Below, piece by piece: positions 8,839-19,705 of a DNA stretch of 64,000 bases. A program made the position numbers and the translations under genes. Below the pieces are notes generated by a model. That model had not been told where the DNA came from and ran no database searches. It worked only from the letters and a program-made list of their open reading frames with translations. The DNA comes from an uncultured Bacteroides sp. (lineage in GTDB: Bacteria > Bacteroidota > Bacteroidia > Bacteroidales > JACABE01). The stretch lies in NCBI GenBank assembly GCA_964634005.1, contig CAZWKQ010000001.1, positions 23,788 through 87,787 of the forward strand, written 5' to 3'. Every line of letters starts with the position of its first letter. Positions within the stretch are counted from its first letter, which is position 1.

Positions 8839-11800
8839 TTATCTAAAAAATACAAGTTTGTTGGTTGCATATTCTTCCTTTCCGTTTTGAGTTTTTAACC
8901 TTACTCTGTAAACATAAACCCCTTTGGAGAGCCTTGCTCCGCTGTCGTTATTTCCGTTCCATTCAATCGGATCGGAATTAAATCCTTCGGTACGCACATT
9001 TTCTTTAATTGATTTTACCAACTGACCTTTAATATCATAAATATTTATCTCAATTTCAATTGATTCGCCCGGATGGTTGTGTTTAAATGTAAAAGTTGTT
9101 TTATCGGTAAACGGATTCGGGTAGTTTAGAAGATTTGAAATTACTACTTTTTCGGAAGATGCAACTATAAAATCAATCGAAGATGTTGATGAGTTATTTG
9201 AGATATCCCAAGCTTTAAATCTAATATTATGATTTCCATCGCTTAAATTGAAAATCGGATAATAAACACTTCCTTTCAAATAGCTGTCGATTTCATAGGA
9301 GAAATAGTCATTTAGAATAACCGGCTGACTACTATTATCAATGTATGCCACTAAATCGTGTCCAATGCCGTTTCCAACAGTATTTATCCCAAAATCATCT
9401 GAAATTTTTGCAAGGAAAATAGGATTTTCGTTTGTAATACCGCCATTTACAAAATTTGTGTCGTTCATATAAAGCGATATTTGAGGCCCTATATCATCTA
9501 TCACGGCATTATTGTCAATTCCGCCAACCATTATTTTGTTGTAATATCCGTTTGCATCGGAAGTGTCATTTTTTGCATAATAACTTATTTTACCGGGACC
9601 AATGTTATACGAAATATCCTTAGGAACTATAAAAGAAAATTCAAAATTTCCGTTTGTGATTTTAGTTTTTCCCTTAAACAAAACAGCTTTAAGCAACTCA
9701 AAATTAACAGTATAAGGATAATCGTTACCCAAAGTAGTTACTTTTATTGGTTTATCGTAAACTGTAGGGTACAAAACACCATTAAAATCAATCGGGTTAT
9801 TATTTTCGTCGGTGATTAATCCTTTAACCGTTACCTTTGAAAAAGCTGCAAGTGTATCATAATCAATATTTGCAGGGTTAGTGTTTATAGAAGTAGTTGC
9901 AACATTATACTTCGGATAAGCCAATTTTAAGGCAGGATCGCCGAGTAAAACGAAATTTTTTATTGCAATACCATTGGCATTTAAGTTTTTAGAATATTTT
10001 ATCAAATCACCGAGAGAAGGATAATTTCCGTTTTCTTTTTTGAAAACTTTAGAGAAAAAGCTGTCAATCAACCCCATATTAGTGCTTTGATATGCAACTC
10101 TTGAGGTTGTAAGAAGAGCAATCCCTCCTCCTTTTGGAGTAAGTAAAACCAATTCGCCTGCCGAAGTTCTTTCGGGGTCGTCGAAACGGCTGAATTCACA
10201 AGTAGCAGTGAAAAAAAGAGGCATATTATAGGTATTGTTCCAGCTGTTAATGTCCGAAATTTCCAAAACTCTCTCATGAGCCCAACCAAGTTCTCCTCCA
10301 TGCCCTATATAATTCATTATTAATGTCCCCTTCTCAATTCTTTGGTTTATTGCTTTATTTACTTCAGGGTATCTTTGTCCACCCGAATTAAACACCTGAG
10401 GATAAGCATCCAAATATATTTTATCGATATTTATTATTGGATAATTATTCTTCAATTTATTTGCCAATACTTCTGTATCGGTTAAATATACATTTCCATC
10501 TTCATCATCTGCAACAAAACAAACATTGTTTTTCCAGTCGCCAAAGTTCGAAACAATATTATTCGAATTTGGTACTAAATCCTGTTGTATGGAGTAACGT
10601 ATTACCTTATCAACTACAATTTTTGCTTCAAGCTCCGATTTTACGGGAAATCTGCCTATACCAATATCAAGGCTCTCGTAAATTGAACTCCCATTTTCGT
10701 TGTCATCCAAAAAACCGAAAAAATCATCACAAACGTAAGAATTAGCGAGGTTATACGTTTCATCGGACTGATAAGTAACAATAAAATTGGTATTATTATT
10801 AATACGGTTTTTATTGTCATATGAACCATCGCCGAATAAAAGAAGATATTTAGGCGGATTACCTTTAGTGTTTGCCCTGTCGTAAAACATTTTCATAAAA
10901 CTTCTGATAGCAACAGGGTCTTGCGAACCTGAAGAAAACTCATTATAGATTTGTTCGGGAGTTACAACTTTAACTTTCAGATTATTATTGTTTCTGTGAA
11001 ATTCGGCAAGTCTGTTGGCTTCATTCATAAACAGAGGATGAGATACGATAATATAATCCTGTTGTTCCAAACCATGAAGATTTTGATTAATTACCTCACC
11101 TCTAAAAACAGGTTGATAAAAGTTATTCCCGTTAAAGGCGACAAATTCCTTTAAATTTTCTGTCGAAGTTATTAAACTCAAGATATTATTACTTAAATTT
11201 GATTGCAATAACTTAGGATTAATGGGGTCCGAAACATCCCAAACCTTTGTATTTATGTCAGCATTAGAAATTTGAAATTCAGAAATAGCATTAGGAGCTA
11301 TGTTTTCAAAACTTCTGAATAACATTTGCCCCCCTGTAAAAGTAAGCCATCGATAGGCACTTATTTCAATATAGTTAAGCCATCCGCTTGAACTTGAAGA
11401 TGGTTGATTGTATGAAATATTGACATTTATTGTAGGAGAAGACGAGTTGAAACTGAAAAAGTCGATATAATTTACAGCTTGTATTCCGTAAAAAGATGAA
11501 GGAAACCCGCTTAAAGGAATACTTCTGTTTATTCCGTTCGAATTTATCGAAAAAGTGCTGCTTACCTGAGATTGATAGTATAAACTGGTTTTCATTTTTA
11601 CCGACGAATCGGCAATAATATTTGGAAAAACAAAGCTATAGTTGTAAGAAGAAACTATGTTGTTGAATTTTTCACCCAACCATATTTTTCCTGATTTAAT
11701 AAAGTTTTCAAGTTCTTTATGAGTATATTGTCTGTCGATGAATTTGTTTATAACTAAGTCGGGTGGAAGAATAGGAGAATTTTCAATATTTATTCTTTTC

Positions 11801-12672
11801 TTAGAACCAATATTAGGGTCGAAAGTAAGATAATAGAAAACTAAGTCGGAAAAATAATTAATCTTATGCTCAAATTGTTTGTTTATAGAGTTTAGTTCCC
11901 AAATTACAGGTGATTGACCATAAAATAAAATATAATCGTTAGGGTCGAATTTTCCGTCATCTTCTCCCGAAACATAAATGCTGTTTTCCTGCAAATCATC
12001 ATATCTTGGCAATGAATTATTTTCGGGCAACATTCCGGCACCGTTTCCAAATATTGAAATATTTTTCGGATTTATTTTCGAAACATCAACTCCTATAGAG
12101 ACCAGATCATTATAAGTAATTTTATGAATACCGTTTTGTTGGGTAGAAAACTTATACCATTTCCCTGTAGCCAACACAGAATTATCGGCAAAACTCCATG
12201 ATTTATTTTTGATATTTTTTGTTGGACTTTTCGACAAATAATACTTAAAACTAATAAGTTTTTCTGTTTTCTGAGTTAAAGGATTCTTCCTGAATGGTAT
12301 AACTTTTACAATTGTATAATTCGCTTTGCTCTCGGTAGTCAGATAACACGAATAATTCAAATTATCTATTTTTATCCTGCCATTTAAAAAATCCTCTTCA
12401 TTGCTTTCAACAGGTTCGAAAACTAAATCGGAAATTTGGATTTCGGGAGTATATCCGGCGTATTCCCATTTTGTTTTTTCAAGAAATAAAGGTATTCCTT
12501 TTAAAGGGTCTTCATAAAAAGCATTTTGAAACGATAAATATTTAACTTTTTCTTTATCATTAAGCGTTTGTTCTTTAATTCCTTCCCATTTAATCTGGAC
12601 ATCGAAAGCAAATTGTGCCTGTAAAGAAAAAAAATATGAAAATATTATAAATACGAAAATTCTTTTAACCAT
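8839..12672 (-). CDS. porU: Type IX secretion system sortase PorU (C25 gingipain-like peptidase)
   Basis: About 1277 aa. C25-type His and Cys motifs YIGHGGELGW and FFTATCEFSRFD, plus a CTD-like C-terminus (NYPNPFTDKTTFTF ... GVYVYRVRLK). ATG at 12672 is preferred over TTG at 12678. Confidence 0.85.
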   Translation of the reverse strand: MVKRIFVFIIFSYFFSLQAQFAFDVQIKWEGIKEQTLNDKEKVKYLSFQNAFYEDPLKGIPLFLEKTKWEYAGYTPEIQISDLVFEPVESNEEDFLNGRIKIDNLNYSCYLTTESKANYTIVKVIPFRKNPLTQKTEKLISFKYYLSKSPTKNIKNKSWSFADNSVLATGKWYKFSTQQNGIHKITYNDLVSIGVDVSKINPKNISIFGNGAGMLPENNSLPRYDDLQENSIYVSGEDDGKFDPNDYILFYGQSPVIWELNSINKQFEHKINYFSDLVFYYLTFDPNIGSKKRINIENSPILPPDLVINKFIDRQYTHKELENFIKSGKIWLGEKFNNIVSSYNYSFVFPNIIADSSVKMKTSLYYQSQVSSTFSINSNGINRSIPLSGFPSSFYGIQAVNYIDFFSFNSSSPTINVNISYNQPSSSSSGWLNYIEISAYRWLTFTGGQMLFRSFENIAPNAISEFQISNADINTKVWDVSDPINPKLLQSNLSNNILSLITSTENLKEFVAFNGNNFYQPVFRGEVINQNLHGLEQQDYIIVSHPLFMNEANRLAEFHRNNNNLKVKVVTPEQIYNEFSSGSQDPVAIRSFMKMFYDRANTKGNPPKYLLLFGDGSYDNKNRINNNTNFIVTYQSDETYNLANSYVCDDFFGFLDDNENGSSIYESLDIGIGRFPVKSELEAKIVVDKVIRYSIQQDLVPNSNNIVSNFGDWKNNVCFVADDEDGNVYLTDTEVLANKLKNNYPIINIDKIYLDAYPQVFNSGGQRYPEVNKAINQRIEKGTLIMNYIGHGGELGWAHERVLEISDINSWNNTYNMPLFFTATCEFSRFDDPERTSAGELVLLTPKGGGIALLTTSRVAYQSTNMGLIDSFFSKVFKKENGNYPSLGDLIKYSKNLNANGIAIKNFVLLGDPALKLAYPKYNVATTSINTNPANIDYDTLAAFSKVTVKGLITDENNNPIDFNGVLYPTVYDKPIKVTTLGNDYPYTVNFELLKAVLFKGKTKITNGNFEFSFIVPKDISYNIGPGKISYYAKNDTSDANGYYNKIMVGGIDNNAVIDDIGPQISLYMNDTNFVNGGITNENPIFLAKISDDFGINTVGNGIGHDLVAYIDNSSQPVILNDYFSYEIDSYLKGSVYYPIFNLSDGNHNIRFKAWDISNNSSTSSIDFIVASSEKVVISNLLNYPNPFTDKTTFTFKHNHPGESIEIEINIYDIKGQLVKSIKENVRTEGFNSDPIEWNGNNDSGARLSKGVYVYRVRLKTQNGKEEYATNKLVFFR

Positions 12673-13039
12673 AAACAATTTTCAATTATCAAATAGATTA
12701 ATTATTAATAACTCTTTAATATTGGAAATATTGCCCGAAATGACATTCAATTGTGTTAAAAAATTTAGTTTGTTATAAACAATTATTTGAATTGATTAAA
12801 ATTTATAGGCAAAACTGATGTAACATAAATTAAAAAAACAAGTATAAGAATGAAATTTTTTTATTTCTCATAAAGGCTGAACACTGATTTTGATACATAT
12901 AATTAACTAATTGTTAGCATAAATTAAAGAAATTGAGGAATAATTAGACTGTTTGAGAAATAAAAATTAACATTAAAGAATAAAAAAAAAGGTTGTAATA
13001 CTAAAAAATTTCGTAATATTGTGTTCAAAAAAATTTAAC

Positions 13040-14044
13040 ATGATAAAAATATCGTCTTCTGTGATTAAGAAGCTGATAGTCTGTTTGTTTGTTGCGTTTT
13101 TTGCTAACAACGTGATAAAGGCACAAGACCCTGCTTTTTCACAGTTTTATGCTAATCCGTTATATTTAAATCCCGCTTTTGCAGGTTCTGCTGTATGTCC
13201 TCGAATAATAATGAACTACAGAAATCAATGGCCGGCAATAACAGGGACTTTTGTTACATATAACGCTTCTTATGATCAGCATTTCGACAAGTTATCCGGC
13301 GGATTGGGAATATTGGTAAATGCAGACAGAGCCGGAGAAGGAACTATAAATACAAACACTTTTAGCGGAATATATTCTTACAGGCTTGAAGTCAGCAGAA
13401 CGTTTTCGATTAATGCTGCTTTACAAGCATCTTATGTTGATAGAAGGTTAGCATGGGAAAAGCTAACTTTCGGCGATATGATAGACCCAAGGAGCGGTTT
13501 TATTTACAATACAAAAGAAGAAATGCCCGCAGATTTATCGAAAGGATATGTTGACTTTTCGACAGGTTTGGTGGGATATACCGAAAATTTTTATGCCGGA
13601 GTTGCTGTAAGCCATTTAACTGAACCTGAAGAAGGGTTTAAAACCATACACACAATACCAATGAAATTTACAGCTCATGCCGGTGCAGTCATCGATTTAA
13701 TGAAAAGGAAAAGTCGCACGAGAACAAATGAAGACATAACTCTTTCTCCAAATATACTTTATCAGCAACAGTTACATTTCAACCAACTTAACTACGGTTT
13801 TTATGTAAACTGGTATCCTTTTGTAAACGGAATTTGGTACAGACAAAATTTCAATAACTCCGATGCTGTAATTTTCCTTGCAGGAATTCAGCAAAACTCT
13901 TTTAAATTTGGTTACAGCTACGATTTAACAATATCAAAACTTACTAATATTACCGGAGGTGCTCACGAAATTTCTTTTGCTTTGCAATTGAGTTGTCCTC
14001 CTAAAAAGAAAAAAATAAGGACAATAAATTGTCCTACTTTTTAG
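13040..14044 (+). CDS. T9SS membrane protein, PorP/SprF family
   Basis: Signal peptide followed by QDPAFSQFYANPLYLNPAFAG, the hallmark N-terminus of PorP/SprF proteins. ATG at 13040 is preferred over TTG at 13019. Confidence 0.85.
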   Translation: MIKISSSVIKKLIVCLFVAFFANNVIKAQDPAFSQFYANPLYLNPAFAGSAVCPRIIMNYRNQWPAITGTFVTYNASYDQHFDKLSGGLGILVNADRAGEGTINTNTFSGIYSYRLEVSRTFSINAALQASYVDRRLAWEKLTFGDMIDPRSGFIYNTKEEMPADLSKGYVDFSTGLVGYTENFYAGVAVSHLTEPEEGFKTIHTIPMKFTAHAGAVIDLMKRKSRTRTNEDITLSPNILYQQQLHFNQLNYGFYVNWYPFVNGIWYRQNFNNSDAVIFLAGIQQNSFKFGYSYDLTISKLTNITGGAHEISFALQLSCPPKKKKIRTINCPTF

Positions 14045-14087
14045 TTAATAATTAAATTTGTGAAAATAAATACAACAAATATTATAT

Positions 14088-15572
14088 ATGAATCAGATAA
14101 ATAAAAAAATGTTGAATAAAGTAAGTGTATTTGCATTATTTATATTGCTTTTTATTTCCTGCAAAAACAAGGAAGTATCAAATACTACCGGATGGGAATA
14201 CAATAATCCTGCCAACGGAGGTTTTGAAGTAGCTCCATTTACAGAACAGGAAACCGGACCCGGATTAGTATTTATCGAAGGTGGGACTTTTGTTATGGGT
14301 AGAACCGAGCAGGATGTAATGTACGACTGGAATAACATTCCGCGTAGAGTTACAGTACGCTCATTTTATATGGACGAAACAGAAGTAAGAAACCTTGATT
14401 ACCTTGAATATTTGTACTGGCTTGGCAGAGTTTACGGAACCGACTATCCTGAAGTTGTTCGTAAAGCACAACCCGATGAAAACGTATGGCGTGACAAATT
14501 ATCTTATAACGAACCATTGGTTGAAAATTATTTCCGTCATCCGGCATATAGAGATTACCCTGTTGTTGGTGTTACATGGCTGCAAGCAAATGACTACTGT
14601 GCATGGAGAACTAACAGAGTAAACGAAAATATTTTAGTTGAAATGGGTATTCTTGACCTTGACCCTGATCAAACAAATGAAAATAATTTCAACACCGACG
14701 CATATCTTGCCGGACAATATGAAGGATTAGTTAAACAAGACTTAACCGACCTTAATCCAAGAGGTTCAGGAACTCGTAAAGTAAGAATGGAAGATGGAAT
14801 TTTACTGCCTAAATACCGCTTACCAACCGAAGCTGAATGGGAATTTGCAGCATTAGGATTAATTGGAAATACTCTTTATGAAAGAGTTATTGAAAGAAGA
14901 ATCTATCCATGGAACGGTCATATCACACGTACTGACGATAAAAGAGCTTATGGTGAAATGGTTGCAAACTTCAAAAGAGGTAGAGGTGATTATATGGGAG
15001 TTGCCGGAAATTTGAACGATGCTGCCGATATTCCTGCACCTGTATTTGCATACTGGCCAAATGACTACGGTTTATACAATATGGCCGGAAACGTCGCTGA
15101 ATGGGTACTCGATGTTTACAGACCGCTTAACCTCGAAGATATGTCAGATTATAACCCTTTCAGAGGTAATGTTTACAAGAAAAAAGCTATTGACTCCGAT
15201 GGTTTGATACGTGAAAAAGACAGCTTAGGAAATATAGTTTACGAAGATGTAACTGTTGAAGAAAATGTCAATAGAAGAAACTACAGAAAAGCTAATAATA
15301 TTAATTATTTAGATGGTGATTATGCTTCAGTTCTTACAGGCGATTGGCTTGCAGAACCCGAAGACAAAAATACAACAAAATTAATGTACGAATATGGCGC
15401 CTCTTCTCTTATAAACGATGAAACCAGAGTGTATAAAGGCGGCTCATGGAAAGATAGAGCTTACTATCTAAGCCCCGGAACAAGAAGATTCTTAGAACAA
15501 GATCAGGCTAACGATTTCATAGGCTTCAGATGTGCTATGACACGCGTTGGCTCTCCTTACCAGGGTAGATAA
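14088..15572 (+). CDS. gldJ: Gliding-motility/T9SS lipoprotein GldJ (SUMF1/FGE-fold)
   Basis: Lipoprotein signal LFISC. TGWEYNNPANGGFE is followed by FGE-type motifs GGTFVMG, YRLPTEAEWEFAA, GNVAEW, YKGGSW and GFRC. The porU ... gldJ-murF neighbourhood is as known in Flavobacterium johnsoniae. Confidence 0.7.
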   Translation: MNQINKKMLNKVSVFALFILLFISCKNKEVSNTTGWEYNNPANGGFEVAPFTEQETGPGLVFIEGGTFVMGRTEQDVMYDWNNIPRRVTVRSFYMDETEVRNLDYLEYLYWLGRVYGTDYPEVVRKAQPDENVWRDKLSYNEPLVENYFRHPAYRDYPVVGVTWLQANDYCAWRTNRVNENILVEMGILDLDPDQTNENNFNTDAYLAGQYEGLVKQDLTDLNPRGSGTRKVRMEDGILLPKYRLPTEAEWEFAALGLIGNTLYERVIERRIYPWNGHITRTDDKRAYGEMVANFKRGRGDYMGVAGNLNDAADIPAPVFAYWPNDYGLYNMAGNVAEWVLDVYRPLNLEDMSDYNPFRGNVYKKKAIDSDGLIREKDSLGNIVYEDVTVEENVNRRNYRKANNINYLDGDYASVLTGDWLAEPEDKNTTKLMYEYGASSLINDETRVYKGGSWKDRAYYLSPGTRRFLEQDQANDFIGFRCAMTRVGSPYQGR

Positions 15573-15593
15573 TAATCATTGATAATAATTCAA

Positions 15594-15628
15594 CCCCATT
15601 TACTTTGTGGTAAATGGGGTTTTTATTT
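15594..15628 (+). terminator. Rho-independent terminator after gldJ
   Basis: 9-bp stem CCCCATTTA / TAAATGGGG with an 8-nt loop, followed by TTTTTATTT. The hairpin covers the track's ATG at 15614, which argues for the murF start at 15641. Confidence 0.75.
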
Positions 15629-15640
15629 AATAGTATTTTT

Positions 15641-16936
15641 ATGAATAACTCTATCGAACAAATTTATTCCATTTATAAAAAGTTTCCACAAATTTCAACG
15701 GACTCAAGAAATATTAAACCTAATTCAATATTTTTTGCTATTAAAGGAGATAACTTCGACGGCAATTCATTTGCCGCTCAAGCATTAGAATCGGGAGCAA
15801 AATATGCTGTCGTTGATAACCCGGATTTCTGTCTAAATGATAATTGTATTTTAGTTGAAAATACTATAACTGCATTACAACAACTTGCTTTACTTCACAG
15901 AAAAACATTGAAAATACCGATATTAGGAATTACCGGAAGCAATGGAAAAACAACTACAAAAGAACTTCTATTCTCAGTTGTGTCGAAAAAATTCAAAACA
16001 TTGGCTACTACAGGCAATTTAAATAATCATATAGGAGTACCTCTTACCGTACTTTCAATCAAACCCGATCACGAATTTGCCATAATTGAAATGGGGGCAA
16101 ATCATGTGGGAGAAATTGGAGAATTATGCAGTATAGCTCAACCTGATTTTGGCATAATTACAAACATTGGTAAAGCACATTTAGAAGGCTTCGGAGGGCC
16201 GGAAGGTGTTATTAAAACAAAAAATGACCTCTATCTTTCAATAAAACAAAATAACGGAACAGTCTTTGTAAATCATAATAACGACTTATTGATGCAATTA
16301 AGTAATGAAATTAAAAGATTTACTTATGGGAATAATAAAGAAGCCGATTACTATGGAGATGTTACCTTAAATAACCCTTTTCTCGAGATATCATTCACTT
16401 ATAAAAATGACACTTATAATATTAAATCAAAAATATTCGGGGCTTTTAACTTCGAAAATATTATGGCAGCTGTGTCTGTCGGACTTTATTTTGAAATTAA
16501 TCCTAACCTGATTATTAGTGCTATTGAAGAATATATTCCGTCGAATAACCGTTCACAACTTGTAAAAACTCAAAAGAATACAATAATACTCGATGCTTAT
16601 AATGCAAATCCGACGAGCATGAAAAATTCAATAGAAAATTTTGTTAATCAATCATTCGATAAAAAAGTACTTATATTGGGAGATATGCTCGAATTGGGCG
16701 AATATAGCGGCGAAGAACATAAAAATATCATTAATCTCATCAAGAACCTGAAGCTTTATAAAACCATATTAGTCGGAAACGAATTTTATAAACAAAAGTC
16801 AAATGAAAATATTGATTATTTCATTAATTTAGAGGATGTTATTTCATTTTTAAAGCAATTGGATATTAATAATGCCCACATTTTGCTGAAAGGATCAAGA
16901 AAAATCGGACTGGAAAAATTACTGCCTTATTTATAA
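15641..16936 (+). CDS. murF: UDP-N-acetylmuramoyl-tripeptide--D-alanyl-D-alanine ligase
   Basis: Mur ligase motifs GITGSNGKTTTKE and DAYNANPTSM. Length and domain order fit MurF. Confidence 0.9.
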   Translation: MNNSIEQIYSIYKKFPQISTDSRNIKPNSIFFAIKGDNFDGNSFAAQALESGAKYAVVDNPDFCLNDNCILVENTITALQQLALLHRKTLKIPILGITGSNGKTTTKELLFSVVSKKFKTLATTGNLNNHIGVPLTVLSIKPDHEFAIIEMGANHVGEIGELCSIAQPDFGIITNIGKAHLEGFGGPEGVIKTKNDLYLSIKQNNGTVFVNHNNDLLMQLSNEIKRFTYGNNKEADYYGDVTLNNPFLEISFTYKNDTYNIKSKIFGAFNFENIMAAVSVGLYFEINPNLIISAIEEYIPSNNRSQLVKTQKNTIILDAYNANPTSMKNSIENFVNQSFDKKVLILGDMLELGEYSGEEHKNIINLIKNLKLYKTILVGNEFYKQKSNENIDYFINLEDVISFLKQLDINNAHILLKGSRKIGLEKLLPYL

Positions 16937-16939
16937 ATT

Positions 16940-18007
16940 ATGGGTAAAACAAAATATAGCGTAATAGGCGTAATGTCAGGGACTTCGCTCGATGGCTTGG
17001 ATATAGCATATTGTATTTTTGAAAAAAAAGATGAAAAATGGGATTTTAAAATCAAATATGCCGAAACTGCAGAATATCCTGAATATTGGATAAATAAACT
17101 TAAATCGGCTCCAAGATTAAGCGGTTACGAATTAAGTTTACTAAACAACGAATATGGATATTACATCGGAGAACAGGTAAGAGACTTTATATTAAAAAAT
17201 AAAGTTGAAGTTGATTTTATTTCTTCACATGGGCATACTGTTTTTCATCAGCCGCAAAAAAGGATGACACTTCAGATAGGCAGCGGGGCGTGTATTTCGG
17301 CAGTCACAGGACTCGATGTTATAAACGATTTCAGAATTATGGACGTTGCCTCAGGCGGACAGGGCGCACCTCTGGTTCCAATAGGAGATAAATTGCTTTT
17401 TAGCAGTTATAACTATTGTATTAATCTTGGCGGTATTGCGAATATTTCTTTTGATATTAATGATAAAAGAATTGCATTTGATATTTGCCCTGTAAATATG
17501 GCAATTAATTTTTTTGCCGATAAAATTGGATTAAAGTATGATAAAGACGGAAAATCAGCATCGGAAGGAAAAATAAATTTCGAATTGCTCGACAATCTTA
17601 ATAGTATTGATTACTACCATCAAAGCTACCCAAAATCGCTCGGTAAAGAATTTTTTGAAAGCAAATTTTTGCCTGTAGTTCAAAAATATAATATCGATAT
17701 AAAAGATATTTTAAGAACCATAACCGAACATATAGCCATTCAAATTTCAGAAGTAATTGACTTGAAAGGAAACAATAAATTACTTTTTACGGGAGGCGGT
17801 TCACACAACAAGTTTTTAATGCAAAGGATTTCAGAAAAATTGAATATTGAAATTGAAAAGCAGGATGATTTAATCATCGATTTTAAGGAAGCTTTAATCT
17901 TTGCCTTTTTAGGAGTGTTATTTACAAGAAATGAAACTAATTGTTTATCAACGGTTACAGGTGCAAATAAAGATACAATAGGAGGTGTTCTTCATAAAAA
18001 TTATTGA
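16940..18007 (+). CDS. anmK: Anhydro-N-acetylmuramic acid kinase
   Basis: N-terminus GVMSGTSLDGLDIA, plus GGQGAPLVP and TGGGSHN motifs typical of AnmK. Confidence 0.9.
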   Translation: MGKTKYSVIGVMSGTSLDGLDIAYCIFEKKDEKWDFKIKYAETAEYPEYWINKLKSAPRLSGYELSLLNNEYGYYIGEQVRDFILKNKVEVDFISSHGHTVFHQPQKRMTLQIGSGACISAVTGLDVINDFRIMDVASGGQGAPLVPIGDKLLFSSYNYCINLGGIANISFDINDKRIAFDICPVNMAINFFADKIGLKYDKDGKSASEGKINFELLDNLNSIDYYHQSYPKSLGKEFFESKFLPVVQKYNIDIKDILRTITEHIAIQISEVIDLKGNNKLLFTGGGSHNKFLMQRISEKLNIEIEKQDDLIIDFKEALIFAFLGVLFTRNETNCLSTVTGANKDTIGGVLHKNY

Positions 18008-18105
18008 TATTGTTTTAATCTAATTTTAATATCTTTGCCAAAATTAAAAAAAGACAATTTCTTTCTTAATAATCTTATTATTTATAATTTATTAAATCAA
18101 TTAAA

Positions 18106-19545
18106 ATGAAAAAATTACTTAATCTAAAGTTTTTGTTTATTGTAATGGCAACGTTAGTACCGTTGTTTGCATTTTCGCAACATTCTGCAGGAGAAGCTCC
18201 TTCAATAGGAGGAATTAGAATTGAATTTATACTTTTTGGACTCACATTATTGGGAGTTGCATTATTCCATCATCACACACTTAAAGTAGCACTTACAGGT
18301 TTAACTGTTATACTTTTATTCAAATTTATTTTTGCAGACGGATTCAATTTATTTCACCATATTTTTGGCAAAGTTGACGGTTTTTTTAACGGAGAAAATC
18401 CGTTTATAAAACAAATTATCGATAAAGAAGCACGACAGGGAGAATGGCCGATTTTGCTTAATTTGTTCGGTTTATTAATTGGTTTTGCCGTTCTGGCAAA
18501 GCATTTCGAAGAATCGGGAGTTCCCGATATATTACCAAAATATCTACCTGACGACTGGAAAGGTCCATTTGTACTGTTATTTTTCGTTTTTATACTATCT
18601 ACTTTCCTCGATAATATTGCTGCAGCAATGATAGGAGGCACTGTTGCACTTGTAATATTCAAGAATAAAGTACATATAGGATATATTGCAGCAATAGTAG
18701 CTGCAAGTAATGCCGGTGGAGCAGGAAGTGTAGTAGGTGATACCACAACAACAATGATGTGGATTGACGGAGTGTCAGCTTTAAATGTTTTACATGCTTT
18801 TGTTGCTTCTTTTGTGGCATTTTTGATTTTTGCATTCTATGCTTCATTCCAACAAGATAAAAAACAAAGAATTCAAAAAGATGTTAAACCCGGAGTAAAA
18901 ATTGACATTGCAAGACTTCTGATTGTAGCAATGATTTTAGCAATGACTATTCTGACAAATATACTGTTCGATTTCCCTGCACTTGGGGTTTGGATTGCAA
19001 TACTTATTGGTGCAATTTTCAGAAAAACTCCTTGGAAAGAAGCCAAAGAAGCTCTCGGAGGCTCGGTATTTTTATTATCATTGGTTACATGTGCCTCAAT
19101 GATGCCCGTTGAAGAATTACCTGACGCATCATGGCAAACTTCTCTTTCATTAGGCTTCATCTCAGCAGTTTTTGATAATATACCTTTAACAAAATTAGCA
19201 TTAGATCAAGGACATTATGATTGGGGTATGCTTGCATACGCCGTTGGTTTCGGAGGATCAATGGTTTGGTTTGGCTCTTCTGCCGGAGTTGCTATTACAA
19301 ATAAGTTTCACGAAGCCCGAAATGTAGGGTTATGGATTAGAAAAGGTTGGCACGTAATGATTGCTTATGTTATTGGCTTTTTTGCTTTATATTTGCTTAT
19401 GGGATGGGAACCTGCCGATAACAAACAGCATACCGAGCCTCCAATTAACTGTAAAGCCGACAAGTGTAAGGCAAGAGACGATGCACAAGCTAAGCTTTTA
19501 TTTGAACAAGAGAAAATGAAATCACAAATAAATCCGACAAATTAA
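18106..19545 (+). CDS. ArsB/NhaD-superfamily ion transporter (NhaD-like Na+/H+ antiporter candidate)
   Basis: 479-aa polytopic membrane protein. FLDNIAAAMIGG and DNIPLT repeat-type motifs resemble the NhaD/citrate-transporter-like family. The subfamily is not certain. Confidence 0.55.
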   Translation: MKKLLNLKFLFIVMATLVPLFAFSQHSAGEAPSIGGIRIEFILFGLTLLGVALFHHHTLKVALTGLTVILLFKFIFADGFNLFHHIFGKVDGFFNGENPFIKQIIDKEARQGEWPILLNLFGLLIGFAVLAKHFEESGVPDILPKYLPDDWKGPFVLLFFVFILSTFLDNIAAAMIGGTVALVIFKNKVHIGYIAAIVAASNAGGAGSVVGDTTTTMMWIDGVSALNVLHAFVASFVAFLIFAFYASFQQDKKQRIQKDVKPGVKIDIARLLIVAMILAMTILTNILFDFPALGVWIAILIGAIFRKTPWKEAKEALGGSVFLLSLVTCASMMPVEELPDASWQTSLSLGFISAVFDNIPLTKLALDQGHYDWGMLAYAVGFGGSMVWFGSSAGVAITNKFHEARNVGLWIRKGWHVMIAYVIGFFALYLLMGWEPADNKQHTEPPINCKADKCKARDDAQAKLLFEQEKMKSQINPTN

Positions 19546-19554
19546 AAATAAGAA

Positions 19555-19590
19555 AAGAGGCTCTAAGTAAAACTTGAGCCTCTTTTTTTT
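19555..19590 (+). terminator. Rho-independent terminator
   Basis: Stem AAGAGGCTC / GAGCCTCTT followed by a T8 run, about 10 bp after the stop of the transporter gene. Confidence 0.75.
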
Positions 19591-19705
19591 ATGTAATAAT
19601 AATCATACATAAAGCGTTATTATTAACAAACAAATGTTTATAAAATAATATTTAAAAAAAATCCAAGTTCTCAAAAAAACTTAATTTTACTAAAAAATTA
19701 TTAAT

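Noticed and set aside
12673-13039. 367-bp AT-rich gap between porU and the porP-like gene considered as a possible ncRNA or small-ORF locus
   Set aside because: I could find no stable hairpin, conserved-looking box or plausible small ORF. It is most simply a divergent promoter region. Without comparative data, no call can be supported.
14088-15572. Alternative call as GldK/PorK of a porPKLMN operon, because a PorP-family gene precedes it
   Set aside because: No porL/M/N-like genes follow. A strong terminator and murF come next. The TGW.YN..ANGGF N-terminus after the lipobox and the porU/murF neighbourhood fit GldJ better. Residual uncertainty is kept in the confidence value.
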